Source of the DNA: an uncultured Bacteroidaceae bacterium
GTDB lineage: Bacteria > Bacteroidota > Bacteroidia > Bacteroidales > GCA-2748055
DNA length: 64,000 nt
Assembly: GCA_964539395.1 (NCBI GenBank)
Contig: CAZIIU010000013.1
Location: 14,082 to 78,081 of the forward strand
Reading direction: 5' to 3'
How positions within the stretch are numbered: the stretch's first letter is position 1; the number at the start of each line of letters is the position of its first letter. This document shows, piece after piece, positions 27,653-38,407 of the stretch. Made by a program: the position numbers and the translations under genes. The notes beneath the pieces are model-generated. The model saw only the letters and a program-made list of their open reading frames with translations. It was not told the DNA's origin and ran no database searches.

Positions 27653-27660
27653 TAACTTTG
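27653..27660 (+). promoter_or_regulatory. -7 promoter box TAACTTTG upstream of fhs
   Basis: Exact TAnnTTTG match, 24 nt upstream of ATG 27684. Confidence 0.5.
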
Positions 27661-27683
27661 CACGCATCCCACAAAAAAACCAG

Positions 27684-29342
27684 ATGACTGATATTGAAAT
27701 CGCCCGACAAGCAAGTATGCTACCCATTGCAGATGTGGCGGCAAAACTTGAAATATCCAATGAATACTTGCAGCCCTTTGGCAGGTATATTGCGAAACTC
27801 CCCCTTCATACAGGAAACGGTAAAAATGGTAACCTGGTATTGGTTTCAGCCATCTCACCAACTCCTGCTGGTGAAGGTAAAACCACAATGTCGATAGGAC
27901 TTTCAGAAGGTCTCAACCGGCTTAATAAGCAAAGCACCGTCGTGCTGAGGGAACCCTCGCTCGGACCGGTATTCGGAATCAAAGGAGGTGCAACGGGCGG
28001 TGGGTACTCACAAGTGGTTCCCATGGAGAATATCAACCTCCATTTTACCGGAGACTTTGCTGCAATTGAAAAGGCCCACAACTTGCTGGCAGCCTTGATC
28101 GACAATAATCTCCAGAGTCATACCCATTCCATCGGTATTGATCCGCGCACCGTCAAATGGAAACGGGTGATGGATATGAACGACCGTGCATTGAGAAGAA
28201 CAATTATCGGGCTTGGGGGAACAACCTCAGGGGTGCCGAGAGAGACAGGATTCGATATTACTGCTGCCTCAGAGATTATGGCCATTTTATGCATTACAGA
28301 TGACTTGAAAGACCTGAAAAAAAGAATGGGAAGCATATTTATCGGATACACATACGATAAGAAACCTGTATACGCCCGTGATCTTAGGGCTGAGGGAGCC
28401 ATGGCTGTCATTATGAAAGATGCAATACAACCCAACCTTGTACAGACCCTTGAAGGTAATCCGGCCATCATTCATGGCGGTCCTTTTGCAAACATCGCAC
28501 AGGGAACCAACAGTGTTATTGCTACCCGGATGGGACTGAAACTGTCCGATTATGTCGTTACCGAAGCGGGTTTCGGTTTCGATCTGGGTGCTGAAAAGTT
28601 CTTTGATATAAAATGCAGGAAGGCAGGCATGAACCCTAAAGCTGTTGTCCTTGTTGCTACCGTCAGAGCTCTGAAGTATCATGGCGGTGTTCCTGTCAAT
28701 CAGCTCAATACACCCAATACGGATGCAGTAAGAAAAGGTCTTGTTAATCTCGACAAGCACGTTGAAAATATTAAAAAATTCATTGATGCATGTGTAATTG
28801 GTATCAATCGTTTTACAACCGATACCGATGAGGAAATCGACATCATCCTCGACCATGCGGCTTCCCTCAATGTGGAGGCTTCTGTTGCTGAAGTATGGGC
28901 AAAAGGTGGTGAAGGAGCGATCGATCTTGCTGAGAAAGTAATGAAAGTTGTTGAAAAGAACAATGCACAATACAGACCCTTGTATGATTGGAACTGGACC
29001 ACGGAAAAAAAGATCGAAACCATAGCCAAGGAGATTTACGGAGCTGCAGCAATTGACTATACAGAAAAAGCAAAACAGGACTTGAAAACAATCAGGGATC
29101 TCGGACTGGATCACCTTGCTGTTTGTATTGCAAAAACGCAAAAGTCACTCTCAGATAATCCTGCTCTGCTCGGCAGACCCAAAGATTTCATCGTCACTGT
29201 CCGGGAAATTGAGATTGCTGCCGGAGCCGGGTTCGTGATCCCGATAACCGGAAATATCATGAGGATGCCGGGCCTGCCCTCTCAGCCGGCTGCAGAGAAT
29301 TTTGATATTGATGATGAAGGAAATATAACCGGTCTGTTTTAA
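27684..29342 (+). CDS. fhs: Formate--tetrahydrofolate ligase
   Basis: 552 aa. PTPAGEGKTT P-loop, with the typical FTHFS length and sequence throughout. Confidence 0.95.
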   Translation: MTDIEIARQASMLPIADVAAKLEISNEYLQPFGRYIAKLPLHTGNGKNGNLVLVSAISPTPAGEGKTTMSIGLSEGLNRLNKQSTVVLREPSLGPVFGIKGGATGGGYSQVVPMENINLHFTGDFAAIEKAHNLLAALIDNNLQSHTHSIGIDPRTVKWKRVMDMNDRALRRTIIGLGGTTSGVPRETGFDITAASEIMAILCITDDLKDLKKRMGSIFIGYTYDKKPVYARDLRAEGAMAVIMKDAIQPNLVQTLEGNPAIIHGGPFANIAQGTNSVIATRMGLKLSDYVVTEAGFGFDLGAEKFFDIKCRKAGMNPKAVVLVATVRALKYHGGVPVNQLNTPNTDAVRKGLVNLDKHVENIKKFIDACVIGINRFTTDTDEEIDIILDHAASLNVEASVAEVWAKGGEGAIDLAEKVMKVVEKNNAQYRPLYDWNWTTEKKIETIAKEIYGAAAIDYTEKAKQDLKTIRDLGLDHLAVCIAKTQKSLSDNPALLGRPKDFIVTVREIEIAAGAGFVIPITGNIMRMPGLPSQPAAENFDIDDEGNITGLF

Positions 29343-29394
29343 ACCCTTACTCAATTATCTGTATTGGCTAACAACCTGAATATTGAATTATTTC

Positions 29395-30255
29395 TCATGG
29401 CCAGTATGTAAAGGTATCGCGTATTACAGAAGTAGCTGCAAAATAGCCAATTGCACCGGTTGAGAGATTATCTGCCGGATCACCGGGTTTAACGTCAAAC
29501 AATCCTCCATTCCAGGAAGTTTCCGATAACAGTCCCCTGAGATAACTGGCATAACCGTCGGACAAGGATTCCTTAGTGACAGTAAATCTTGTTCCAGGCG
29601 GGAAAAAAACGCGATCCCCCGGGGAGGAGAATACTTCATTAACGTTTATCTGAAGTGCATCGAAATAATAGGCGTAGATGATGGCATGATTTTTAAATTC
29701 AGGAATGGTGTCGTACATTACCAGGTGCGACCAGTCCATCTCAAATTTTACCCTGGAGGGCTCATCATTGCCATAAAACTGTAACTCATACAATGGAGGA
29801 TCAGACTGTATCATTTGAACTGCAGGTGTTCTGATAGGCGTGACACCTTTCATGGAGGCTGTACCCGAAAACTGGTAATTGCCTGCTTCGACCCATAATT
29901 GATATGTCCTGTTCACAACACCACGCACATCATGATCCGTATAATAATGCCCTGGCTGCTCCATATGTTCAGTTAGTTGAAAAACCGTATCGCCGTCGGA
30001 AATGTACACAGCGGCACCAGAAACTGGTTGCGGCTGTCCATTTATTTCGTAGACCGGCAGTGTAAGCTTCACCAAATGGGCCTTCCTCTCATTGGTAATC
30101 TTTCCTTCAATAACCAACCGAAGTTCATTCTCCATAAGTAGCTCCCAGTCGATCCTTTCCTGGCAGCTAAAAAAACCAAACAATATCAGCAGTAAAAAAG
30201 TTGCTGTCGGCCTGCGCCATCTCCAAACGCCCCTGTCTGTGTCGCTTATTTTCAT
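29395..30255 (-). CDS. DUF4249-like lipoprotein downstream of a TonB-dependent receptor
   Basis: 286 aa. LLILFGFFSCQE lipobox. It lies 3 nt downstream of the receptor gene, the position DUF4249 proteins usually occupy in Bacteroidota. The family name is from memory of that context. Confidence 0.6.
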   Translation of the reverse strand: MKISDTDRGVWRWRRPTATFLLLILFGFFSCQERIDWELLMENELRLVIEGKITNERKAHLVKLTLPVYEINGQPQPVSGAAVYISDGDTVFQLTEHMEQPGHYYTDHDVRGVVNRTYQLWVEAGNYQFSGTASMKGVTPIRTPAVQMIQSDPPLYELQFYGNDEPSRVKFEMDWSHLVMYDTIPEFKNHAIIYAYYFDALQINVNEVFSSPGDRVFFPPGTRFTVTKESLSDGYASYLRGLLSETSWNGGLFDVKPGDPADNLSTGAIGYFAATSVIRDTFTYWP

Positions 30256-30257
30256 AA

Positions 30258-32948
30258 TTAAAAACTAAAGTGATAACTGATTGATGGTACTACTGTAAAT
30301 AGATAAAACTGTGTAGGGACAAGTTCAGGGGGCTCGAAAAAGTTTGTTGGAGTAACAAGTTCTCCTGAATCATTCTCAATCTTATTAAAATGGATTGCTA
30401 CCGGGTTTTTTCTGGCATACAGATTATACACAGAAAAAATCATCTCATGATTAAATTTCCCCTCCTTTTTTCGTAAATCCCAGTTGATCGCTATGTCGAA
30501 CCTATGATAATCCGGCAGCCTGTCGTTGTTTCGCTTAAAGTATACCGGTACCTGTATGTTCTCCTGGTAGTAAAAAGCGGTTGGTGCTGTAAATGGTGAA
30601 CCGGTCATATAAATAAAATTGGCAGAGATCTCCAGCCTGGGAATCACATTGCAGGAAACAAAGAATGACAGATCATGTGGCCTGTCGCCATAAGCCGGGT
30701 AAGGTCTCCCCTGGTTAACACCCTCAATGGTGTAAAACGACCGCGACCAGGTGTATGAGATCCAACCCTGAAAGTTTCCGGCATTTTTAGAGATCATTGT
30801 CTCCAGCCCATACGCCTCAGCTTCTCCAAACCTCAGTTCAAAATCGATGAATGGGTTCATTAAAAGCTGGGCATGATCCCTGTAATCAATCTGATTTCTC
30901 GTCTGCTTTATGTAAAACTCCACCCCGGCATTTATGCTTGTCCCACTAAAAAAGCTGGTATATCCGGCAGTAAGCTGATCGGCGCGCGACGGTTCAATAT
31001 TTGGACCGCTGGGAAGCCACACCTCCAGCGTTGAAAAGGGGCTAATGGAATTTGTGATCAAATGCTCAAACTGGCTTGCCCTGCTGTAGCTGAACTTCAG
31101 CAAGTCTCCGTTCCTCATTTCATAGGCTAATCCAATCCGGGGATCCCCTGTAACATATGCATTATACAGCTGCCCATAATCATGTTCATTCACCACCAGA
31201 GATGCATCTTCAATCGCGTATTCGGTGGCTGGTCCAACACTGTTCCATGCTGTCAGACGAAGTCCCATTCGTAATGAGAGCCTGTCGGAGAGCAGAAGTT
31301 GATCGCTCACATAGAGGCAGCTCTCATTGACATTCTTTGTGGATATTACATATGGTAGCGGAAGCAAAGTGTTTTCCTGGTAAAAATTACCCGGGTTCAT
31401 AAAGTGCTGTGCCAGTTTAGTACCGAAACGAAGTGTGTTTGTTGGCGAAATATACCATGTAAAGTCCGCTTTAAGGCTGAAATTATTTATTTGTGAGTTC
31501 CAGTAATCACCCTGCTCAAGGTTTGTATTCAGGAAATAGTCGTACCTGCTGGCATAGCAGGTCGTATTTAGAAAAAGCCTATCGGAAAACAGGTGATTCC
31601 ATCGCAAAGTGGTTGTTCCGTTCCGCCAGTTTATTCCAGCAATTCCGGAAATACCCTGCCGGGCCTCAAAATTATCATTGCTGGCATACCGGGTCAGAAA
31701 GATTCTGTTCCTATCATTGATGCTGTAATTCAGTTTAACATGAAGATCAGAAAAGTGCAGGTCTTGCAACCCATTATTAATCAGTTGGAGCGGTTTCAGA
31801 AAATATGATCTTCTGCCCGAAATGAAATATGAAATATGATTCCTCCATATCGGTCCCTCCAAGGAGATCCTGGATGACAGAAATCCGAAAGTTCCATCCA
31901 TGCCAAACTGCTGCATATTCCCATCCTTTGTGCGGATATCGATATGTGAAGCAAGTCTGCCTCCATAATTAGCAGGAAAATCGCCCTTGTATACTTTGAT
32001 CTCCTTAACAGCATCAGGAACTATGGTTGAAAACAGTCCAAGCATGTGGGTTGGATTGTATACCGGGGCCTCGTCGATTGTAACCATATTCTGGTCACGT
32101 CCCCCTCCACGGACAAAGAATATGGTTGAACCATCACCAAAGAACTTTATGCCCGGTATGGCAGCGAGTGATTTTATCACATCCTTTTCCCCAAAAAGGG
32201 CAGGCATTTTTCTCACCGAAGCGGGTCTTACTCTTGCCTCCGAACTTCTCGCGGTTCTGATGGTTTCACGCATCTCCTCGGAATAAACAATGACCTCTTC
32301 AATTGATTGGGTCCTCTTTACGAGGTTGAATGCAATCATCTGGTCTTCCCTTTTCAGCGACGTTATCTCCTTATCATAACCAATATATGTACATTCAATT
32401 GAGTCATAATCTTCCTCCAGTGTGAGTGAAAAAAATCCATATTCATTAGATATGGTACCTTTGCTTCCATCGGGTAATGCAATTGTGGCACCTATCAGAA
32501 CTTCTCCGTTCGAGGAGTCCTTTACATATCCGCTCACCGTATACCTTCTTTTCACTAATGTATCAATCCCAATGGTGTTGTCAAGAACCAGGATTCTGCG
32601 ATCCTTTTTAAGAATGATCTGCTGTTCAATAATGCTGTGTTGTACCGGCCAGTCACTGAACAATAATTGTAATGCCTCATCAAGTGGAACTTTATCAACT
32701 TTAAGTGAAACCCTCTCTTTATCATCAAACAACCTGTTGTTATAGGAAAAAATAAGTCCGGTTTGATCCTCAAGACTGTCCAGCACATCTCTGATCTCTG
32801 CCTCCCGGCAATTGATGGAAACCAGGATTTCCTGTCCCAATACTCCGGAGAAGGAAAAAAGAAATGCAACCGCAAACAGCAATCTGCAGACTGCTGTCTG
32901 AAAACTACCTGTCAAATAATCTGAACAATACGGCTTAATGAACAACAT
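30258..32948 (-). CDS. TonB-dependent receptor with N-terminal STN signalling domain and CarboxypepD_reg-like domain
   Basis: 896 aa. STN-like INCREAEIRDVLDSLEDQTGLIFSYN. YTVSGYVKDSSNGEVLIGATIAL. Long beta-barrel ending ...SISYHFSF (terminal Phe). Confidence 0.85.
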   Translation of the reverse strand: MLFIKPYCSDYLTGSFQTAVCRLLFAVAFLFSFSGVLGQEILVSINCREAEIRDVLDSLEDQTGLIFSYNNRLFDDKERVSLKVDKVPLDEALQLLFSDWPVQHSIIEQQIILKKDRRILVLDNTIGIDTLVKRRYTVSGYVKDSSNGEVLIGATIALPDGSKGTISNEYGFFSLTLEEDYDSIECTYIGYDKEITSLKREDQMIAFNLVKRTQSIEEVIVYSEEMRETIRTARSSEARVRPASVRKMPALFGEKDVIKSLAAIPGIKFFGDGSTIFFVRGGGRDQNMVTIDEAPVYNPTHMLGLFSTIVPDAVKEIKVYKGDFPANYGGRLASHIDIRTKDGNMQQFGMDGTFGFLSSRISLEGPIWRNHISYFISGRRSYFLKPLQLINNGLQDLHFSDLHVKLNYSINDRNRIFLTRYASNDNFEARQGISGIAGINWRNGTTTLRWNHLFSDRLFLNTTCYASRYDYFLNTNLEQGDYWNSQINNFSLKADFTWYISPTNTLRFGTKLAQHFMNPGNFYQENTLLPLPYVISTKNVNESCLYVSDQLLLSDRLSLRMGLRLTAWNSVGPATEYAIEDASLVVNEHDYGQLYNAYVTGDPRIGLAYEMRNGDLLKFSYSRASQFEHLITNSISPFSTLEVWLPSGPNIEPSRADQLTAGYTSFFSGTSINAGVEFYIKQTRNQIDYRDHAQLLMNPFIDFELRFGEAEAYGLETMISKNAGNFQGWISYTWSRSFYTIEGVNQGRPYPAYGDRPHDLSFFVSCNVIPRLEISANFIYMTGSPFTAPTAFYYQENIQVPVYFKRNNDRLPDYHRFDIAINWDLRKKEGKFNHEMIFSVYNLYARKNPVAIHFNKIENDSGELVTPTNFFEPPELVPTQFYLFTVVPSISYHFSF

Positions 32949-32980
32949 CCTACTTGTTACAATAATAGAAATAATGGAGC

Positions 32981-34000
32981 CTACTCACACCCCGAACCGC
33001 TTAGATAGATGTTCCCGTCTCTTCTTTCGGCCTGTAGGTCGAAGGTGGTTAATATAACATTCAGAACTGCTGAAAACTCCTGGTTATAGAAACTCACTGT
33101 CAAGGGACAATCCGCTACTGCCTCATCATCAATTTTTAGAGACACACCATATACCCGGTTAACCACCTCAACTACATCCGACAAGCGGGTTTCAGAAAAC
33201 ACCAACACCCCGGTTTTCCATGCAAATGTGTTTGGGTCAGCCCTGCCAATGAACTCTAAGCGATTCTCCGATCTGTTAAACAATCCGGTATTACCCGACT
33301 TAAGTATAAGCTTCTCTTCGGTCAACCGCTTGTCTTTCATGGATACTATTCCAGACTGGACAGTTACCTCTATCGTTTCTGTTGCCTTATAGGCCCTGAT
33401 GTTAAAACTTGTTCCTAGAACCTCTATAACTGCATCGCCGGCAACAACGATAAACGGATGCAGGGTGTCCCTGGTAACCTCGAAAAAGGCCTCCCCGGTC
33501 AGGAATACCTTTCGCTCATTCGATCGCTGACGAACAGAATATTTCAGTGTTGAACCCTCATTCAATGTGATTGAACTGCCGTCCTCCAACTCTATCAACT
33601 CCTTCCCCTGAATGCTTGAAACGCGCTGATAGCTAATATACTCCCTGACAGTCAGCCAGCCACCTATACCTGCCAAGCCCACAAGGATAGCAGCTGCTAT
33701 CTTCAGAAAACTCCGCCTGCCCAGCTTCGGCACAGGTTTTTCTTCCTTTCGATCCAGTTTGGCTGAGAACTGTTTCCACTCCATATTCAGATCGTACCGA
33801 CTATGTTCTGCTGCAGTTTCCACTCCATCCCATATCTTTTTAAATGAGGAAAAAAGATCCCTCTTAACCCTATCCGAGGCAAGCAGCTGCTCGAATTCAC
33901 CCTGCTGCATGATATCCATTTCACCTGACAGGTATTTTACAACCCGGGTCCTGAATTCATTATGTTCCTTTTCAGTTTTCATGGTGTTCACCATTAACAC
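32981..34000 (-). CDS. FecR-family anti-sigma factor / transmembrane sensor
   Basis: 339 aa. Single TM (FLKIAAAILVGLAGIGGWL) and a FecR-like periplasmic domain. It sits between the ECF sigma and the STN receptor. The exact start (M1 versus M7) is uncertain. Confidence 0.8.
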   Translation of the reverse strand: MLMVNTMKTEKEHNEFRTRVVKYLSGEMDIMQQGEFEQLLASDRVKRDLFSSFKKIWDGVETAAEHSRYDLNMEWKQFSAKLDRKEEKPVPKLGRRSFLKIAAAILVGLAGIGGWLTVREYISYQRVSSIQGKELIELEDGSSITLNEGSTLKYSVRQRSNERKVFLTGEAFFEVTRDTLHPFIVVAGDAVIEVLGTSFNIRAYKATETIEVTVQSGIVSMKDKRLTEEKLILKSGNTGLFNRSENRLEFIGRADPNTFAWKTGVLVFSETRLSDVVEVVNRVYGVSLKIDDEAVADCPLTVSFYNQEFSAVLNVILTTFDLQAERRDGNIYLSGSGCE

Positions 34001-34020
34001 ACTTCATGACGCATTTACCC

Positions 34021-34560
34021 CTATGTAAATATTATTAAACAAAACCAAAATAATACAGCAAGATATTTTGCCAGCTGATCCCGGAGTATCTTTAAAGCCC
34101 TGGACATCTGGTTTTCTACAGTTTTTACAGAAATATCCAATGCCTCAGCAATCTCCCTGTACTTCTTTCCTTCAAACCTGTTCATCTCGAAAACCTCTTT
34201 GCAGCGTTCGGGAAGTGAATCAATTGCCTGTCTTATTGCGGTATTCAACTCCATCATTTCAATCTGCTCCTGGACATCCTTATCAGATATTGGTTCTGCA
34301 ACCAGCTCTTCTGTAAATTTCTTTCTATCGCGCAGAACATTCAGGCAGCGGTTATGTACAGCCTTAAACAAATAGGGTTTTATAGGTTCTGATGCATCTA
34401 TTGCTGCTCCTTTTTCCCAAACATTGATCATTACAACATGTACAACCTCCCTTGCGCTGTCCTCATCCTGAAGATATTTTCGGGCAAAGGTCATTAATGC
34501 AGGAAAGAATTGCCTGAAAATAGCCTCGAACGAATCCCTGTCAAGCGAACCGACACTCAT
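34021..34560 (-). CDS. ECF-type RNA polymerase sigma-70 factor
   Basis: 179 aa. Region 2 (VVHVVMINVWEK...YLFKAVHNRCLNVLRD) and region 4 HTH (KYREIAEALDISVKTVENQMSRAL). Confidence 0.85.
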   Translation of the reverse strand: MSVGSLDRDSFEAIFRQFFPALMTFARKYLQDEDSAREVVHVVMINVWEKGAAIDASEPIKPYLFKAVHNRCLNVLRDRKKFTEELVAEPISDKDVQEQIEMMELNTAIRQAIDSLPERCKEVFEMNRFEGKKYREIAEALDISVKTVENQMSRALKILRDQLAKYLAVLFWFCLIIFT

Positions 34561-34665
34561 ATAGCAAGCAGAAAAGTCATGCGCATAAAGATAAAAAAAG
34601 TTGTCAATCTAAGCTTTGGCGAATATGCCGGATGGTGCATGCAATCATTTTTTTTAACTTTTGGC

Positions 34666-34673
34666 TATCTTTG
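34666..34673 (+). promoter_or_regulatory. Possible -7 box TATCTTTG directly upstream of plsC
   Basis: Exact TAnnTTTG match, but only 6 nt before ATG 34680. This implies either a leaderless mRNA or use of the downstream Met at 34728. Confidence 0.3.
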
Positions 34674-34679
34674 AATTAA

Positions 34680-35426
34680 ATGAAAAATCTGCTTTTAAGG
34701 GTATATTCCATCCTGGCTTGGGGCACGATGCTGATCACTTCAGTAATCATTACTCCCATCTTTTTGCTAGTCTGGCTGTTTACTTTTTGGTGGGACAAGC
34801 GCAGGCTCGCGGCACATATGATGGGAACCTTCTGGGCCTGGCACTACCAGTCGCTCATTCCATTCTGGAAACTCCGCATTGAAGGAAGGAAGAAAATATC
34901 CTGGAACCGGCCGGTAGTTATAGTTGCCAACCATCGTTCCCTGGTCGATATCCTGGCACTGTATAAATTGCGTCGCCCGTTTAAGTGGGTCTCTAAAGCT
35001 GAAAATTTCAGGTTACCTTTCATTGGAATGGTCTTGTCCCTTACCAATTGCATAAAAATCAATCGTGAAAGCCTCCGGTCAGGTCAACAATTTATTTCCC
35101 GAGCTGAAAAAGAGATGAAAAAAGGTTCTTCTGTTATGATCTTTCCCGAAGGAACGAGATCTAAATCAATGGAGATGAGAGCCTTCAAAGAAGGAGCATT
35201 CCTGCTGGCAAAAAGAATGGGGTGTGGAATCATTCCTGTGGTCCACACAGGAACAGAAAAAGCCTTCCAAAAAGATAAAAAAAGTTGGATCCTGAATGGT
35301 AAAACAATGATCCGTATCAGAGTCCTTGATGAGATACCTGCAGATGCAGTCGCTAAAATGGGTTTATCGGACCTACAGTCGCTGGTAAGACAGAAGATGG
35401 AAGCGGGAATAAAGGAGCTGGAGTAA
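34680..35426 (+). CDS. plsC: 1-acyl-sn-glycerol-3-phosphate acyltransferase
   Basis: 248 aa. Acyltransferase motifs NHRSLVDI (HX4D) and FPEGTRS. Confidence 0.85.
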   Translation: MKNLLLRVYSILAWGTMLITSVIITPIFLLVWLFTFWWDKRRLAAHMMGTFWAWHYQSLIPFWKLRIEGRKKISWNRPVVIVANHRSLVDILALYKLRRPFKWVSKAENFRLPFIGMVLSLTNCIKINRESLRSGQQFISRAEKEMKKGSSVMIFPEGTRSKSMEMRAFKEGAFLLAKRMGCGIIPVVHTGTEKAFQKDKKSWILNGKTMIRIRVLDEIPADAVAKMGLSDLQSLVRQKMEAGIKELE

Positions 35427-35588
35427 AACCTAAAAATGATATTATTAGATCATTTAGAATGTCACTGTAAGGCTGCCTCCATACCATAGGATTACAAATA
35501 CAATTCGAACATTTGAATCAAAAATTAAGAATTATTTAATGTTTGCTTTATTCAATAATACTAATTTCAGCGTCAAATATACTTTTCG

Positions 35589-36362
35589 ATGAAATCGTTT
35601 GGGCAGAAGAAGTTAGTCAGGAAGATGAACTACATCTCCGATCAGGAAGGAATTATGCACCGTTATCTCAGGGAACAGAACAACTGGGAGGCTCATCTGC
35701 AAAATACACAACAATTTATACTCAGCTCCTTCGAAGGCAAAGAGATTAATACACTTGCAGTATTGGGTAGCGGCTGGCTGCTCGATCTTCCCCTTGAAGA
35801 GCTTACGACAAAATTCAGTAAGATTCTTTTAGTTGATGTGTATCATCCTCCCCAGATCGTTAAAAAAACCGCCCCCTATAAAAATGTTTCACTGTTCGAA
35901 ACAGACATTTCTGGTGGAGGTATCCAGTTTTGCTGGAACCTTCGAAAGTCGAAGGATGAACATTTCAGCAAATACATTCTGGATGATTTTGATCCAATGC
36001 AACCTGAACTGCCGTTCAAGCCCGATGCCTATATTTCGCTCAACCTGCTAAATCAACTTGATATTCTGTTAATCGACTTTCTGAAAAAGAGAAATGTAAG
36101 GATCGTGGATACGGAAATAAAAGCGTTCAGAAAAACCATTCAACAGTTTCATATTCATTGGATTACACAAATACCTGGTTGCCTGGTCACCGATGTTCGT
36201 GAACAGAACAAGGATGAAGAGGAGCTAACTGAACAGAAACTGGTGTATACAAGCCTTCCCAAAGCAATACGTTCCGAAGAATGGATCTGGGATTTTGACC
36301 TCTCAGGGAGCTACAGACCCGGACTTGAGACACGGATGAAAGTGAAGGCTTTGGAATGGTGA
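35589..36362 (+). CDS. Hypothetical protein with a Rossmann/methyltransferase-like motif pattern
   Basis: 257 aa. LAVLGSGWLLD (GxGxG-like), ILLVDVY, ETDISGG, ISLNLLNQLD. The start could be M13 (MNYISDQ). No family recognised. Confidence 0.5.
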   Translation: MKSFGQKKLVRKMNYISDQEGIMHRYLREQNNWEAHLQNTQQFILSSFEGKEINTLAVLGSGWLLDLPLEELTTKFSKILLVDVYHPPQIVKKTAPYKNVSLFETDISGGGIQFCWNLRKSKDEHFSKYILDDFDPMQPELPFKPDAYISLNLLNQLDILLIDFLKKRNVRIVDTEIKAFRKTIQQFHIHWITQIPGCLVTDVREQNKDEEELTEQKLVYTSLPKAIRSEEWIWDFDLSGSYRPGLETRMKVKALEW

Positions 36363-36413
36363 TCTTTCCTGCAACCAATCCCTCGTTGTTGATTTTTTTG
36401 TTAATAAATGAAT

Positions 36414-36433
36414 AAGGCTGTGAGCCTTGTTTT
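36414..36433 (+). terminator. Rho-independent terminator after the 35589-36362 ORF
   Basis: AAGGCT-GTG-AGCCTT hairpin (6 bp) followed by GTTTT. Confidence 0.5.
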
Positions 36434-36436
36434 AAC

Positions 36437-36444
36437 TATATTTG
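36437..36444 (+). promoter_or_regulatory. -7 promoter box TATATTTG upstream of parE
   Basis: Exact TAnnTTTG match, about 100 nt upstream of ATG 36546. Confidence 0.4.
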
Positions 36445-36545
36445 CGGTGACTCCGGAAGTCTGCCCGGGATATTGGTATATCGTAAGCATGGCCCGCATA
36501 CCCGGAGCAGAACCAATTGTAATTCAATATTGAGGGGGATATAGT

Positions 36546-38384
36546 ATGTCAGCGATTTATTCAGAGGAAAGCATACGCACACTTGACTGGAAGGAGCATA
36601 TCAGGAAAAGACCTGGAATGTACATAGGTAAACTGGGTGATGGCACGTCTCCGGATGATGGTATTTACATCCTTCTGAAAGAGGTCCTGGATAATTCCGT
36701 GGATGAATACATGATGGGGTTCGGGAAGACTATCGAAATCATAATCAATGAAAAGAAGGTAACAGTCCGGGATTATGGCAGGGGCATTCCCCTCGGGAAG
36801 GTCCTCGATGTTGCCTCAAAAATGAATACAGGGGCAAAGTACGATTCCAAAGTTTTTAAAAAGTCCGTAGGATTGAATGGTGTCGGTATCAAGGCCGTTA
36901 ATGCCCTCTCCTCCAGTTTTCTCATACAATCGCACCGTGACGGATTTTCCAAGCTGGTCGACTTTCAGCAGGGAAACCTGGTGTCTGACGACAATGAAAA
37001 GGCAAGTGAGGAAAAGAATGGAACTTCCATTTCATTTGTTCCTGATGAGGAGATGTTCGGGAGCTTCAGCTTTAATGACGAGTATATTGAAAGCATGCTC
37101 AGGAACTATACCTACCTGAACACGGGTCTTACCATTATATACAACGGGAAAAAATTTATTTCAAAGAACGGGTTAAAGGACCTGCTGAAGGAGAATATGA
37201 GCGGGGAGGGTTTGTACCCGATCATTCACATGAAAAACGGGGATATCGAAGTCGCAATCACCCATGGTAACCAGTACGGCGAAGAGTATTACAGCTTCGT
37301 GAACGGACAGCATACCACACAGGGGGGAACCCACCTTGCTGCTTTCAGGGAGGGACTTGTAAAAACCATACGTGATTTTTACAAGAAGGATTTCGATCCG
37401 TCTGATATAAAAACCTCCATTATCGCCGCGGTAAGCATCAAGGTAGAGGAGCCGGTATTTGAATCTCAAACCAAAACCAAACTTGGATCGAGGGACATTG
37501 GTCCGAACGGACCAAGCGTCAGGAACTTCATTATGAATTTTCTCACTTCCAAACTGGATGATTACCTGCATAAACATCCTGATACTACAAACAACCTGCT
37601 AAAGAAGATACAGGAAAGTGAGAGGGAACGAAAAGCGATTTCAGGGATTAAAAAGCTCGCACGTGAGCGTGCAAAAAAAGCCAACCTCCACAATAAGAAG
37701 CTGAGAGACTGCAAAGTGCACTACAACTCCAGTCATGAAAGAAAAAACGAAACCACGATCTTTATTACCGAGGGCGATTCAGCTTCCGGATCAATCACAA
37801 AATCAAGGGATGTAAATACCCAGGCCGTATTCAGCCTTCGGGGTAAACCTCTGAACTGCTTCGGACTTACCAAAAAAGTGGTGTACGAAAATGAAGAATT
37901 TAATTTGCTTCAGTCTGCATTGAACATTGAGGAGGACCTTGAGGGACTGAGGTACAAGAATGTGGTGATCGCCACAGATGCTGATGTGGACGGTATGCAT
38001 ATACGGCTCTTGTTACTCACTTTCTTTCTCCAGTTTTTCCCCAACCTGGTCAGAAACAAACACCTGTTCATCCTTCAAACCCCGTTATTCAGGGTACGAA
38101 ACAAGAAGGTAACCATCTATTGCTATTCCGAAGAGGAAAAGGAAAGTGCCATAGAAAAACTGGGGCCAAGTCATGAGATCACCAGGTTCAAAGGGCTTGG
38201 GGAAATAAGCCCGGATGAGTTCAAACATTTTATCGGACCGGAGATCCGGCTCGAACCGGTGAAACTCGGAAAGGAGGATGACATTCACGACATCCTCGAA
38301 TTCTACATGGGAAAAAATACACCCGACCGACAAGACTTTATTATTGAAAGACTGAGGATTGAAGAAGATGTGGTTGCCGTTTAA
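36546..38384 (+). CDS. parE: DNA topoisomerase IV subunit B (type IIA topoisomerase B subunit)
   Basis: 612 aa. RKRPGMYIG, Toprim [17 protein letters not shown]. The short length and adjacency to the A subunit favour ParE over GyrB. Confidence 0.85.
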   Translation: MSAIYSEESIRTLDWKEHIRKRPGMYIGKLGDGTSPDDGIYILLKEVLDNSVDEYMMGFGKTIEIIINEKKVTVRDYGRGIPLGKVLDVASKMNTGAKYDSKVFKKSVGLNGVGIKAVNALSSSFLIQSHRDGFSKLVDFQQGNLVSDDNEKASEEKNGTSISFVPDEEMFGSFSFNDEYIESMLRNYTYLNTGLTIIYNGKKFISKNGLKDLLKENMSGEGLYPIIHMKNGDIEVAITHGNQYGEEYYSFVNGQHTTQGGTHLAAFREGLVKTIRDFYKKDFDPSDIKTSIIAAVSIKVEEPVFESQTKTKLGSRDIGPNGPSVRNFIMNFLTSKLDDYLHKHPDTTNNLLKKIQESERERKAISGIKKLARERAKKANLHNKKLRDCKVHYNSSHERKNETTIFITEGDSASGSITKSRDVNTQAVFSLRGKPLNCFGLTKKVVYENEEFNLLQSALNIEEDLEGLRYKNVVIATDADVDGMHIRLLLLTFFLQFFPNLVRNKHLFILQTPLFRVRNKKVTIYCYSEEEKESAIEKLGPSHEITRFKGLGEISPDEFKHFIGPEIRLEPVKLGKEDDIHDILEFYMGKNTPDRQDFIIERLRIEEDVVAV

Positions 38385-38407
38385 CGGCAAAAGAAGAAAT
38401 CATATCA

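Noticed and set aside
27394-27683. ZTP (pfl) or THF riboswitch upstream of fhs
   Set aside because: I found no CCGCCUGGGC-type conserved core or pseudoknot arms. The best promoter box is only 24 nt from the ATG, which leaves no room for a leader.
28287-29141. 284-aa minus-strand ORF inside fhs
   Set aside because: It is fully antisense to an unmistakable formate-tetrahydrofolate ligase gene. Its sequence is low-complexity and Cys/Phe-rich with no motifs. It is a shadow ORF.
36445-36545. Structured ~100-nt leader upstream of parE
   Set aside because: I found only one 6-bp helix (CTCCGG 36451-36456 with CCGGAG 36502-36507). The leader length itself rests on a single motif-based promoter guess, and there is no recognisable riboswitch.
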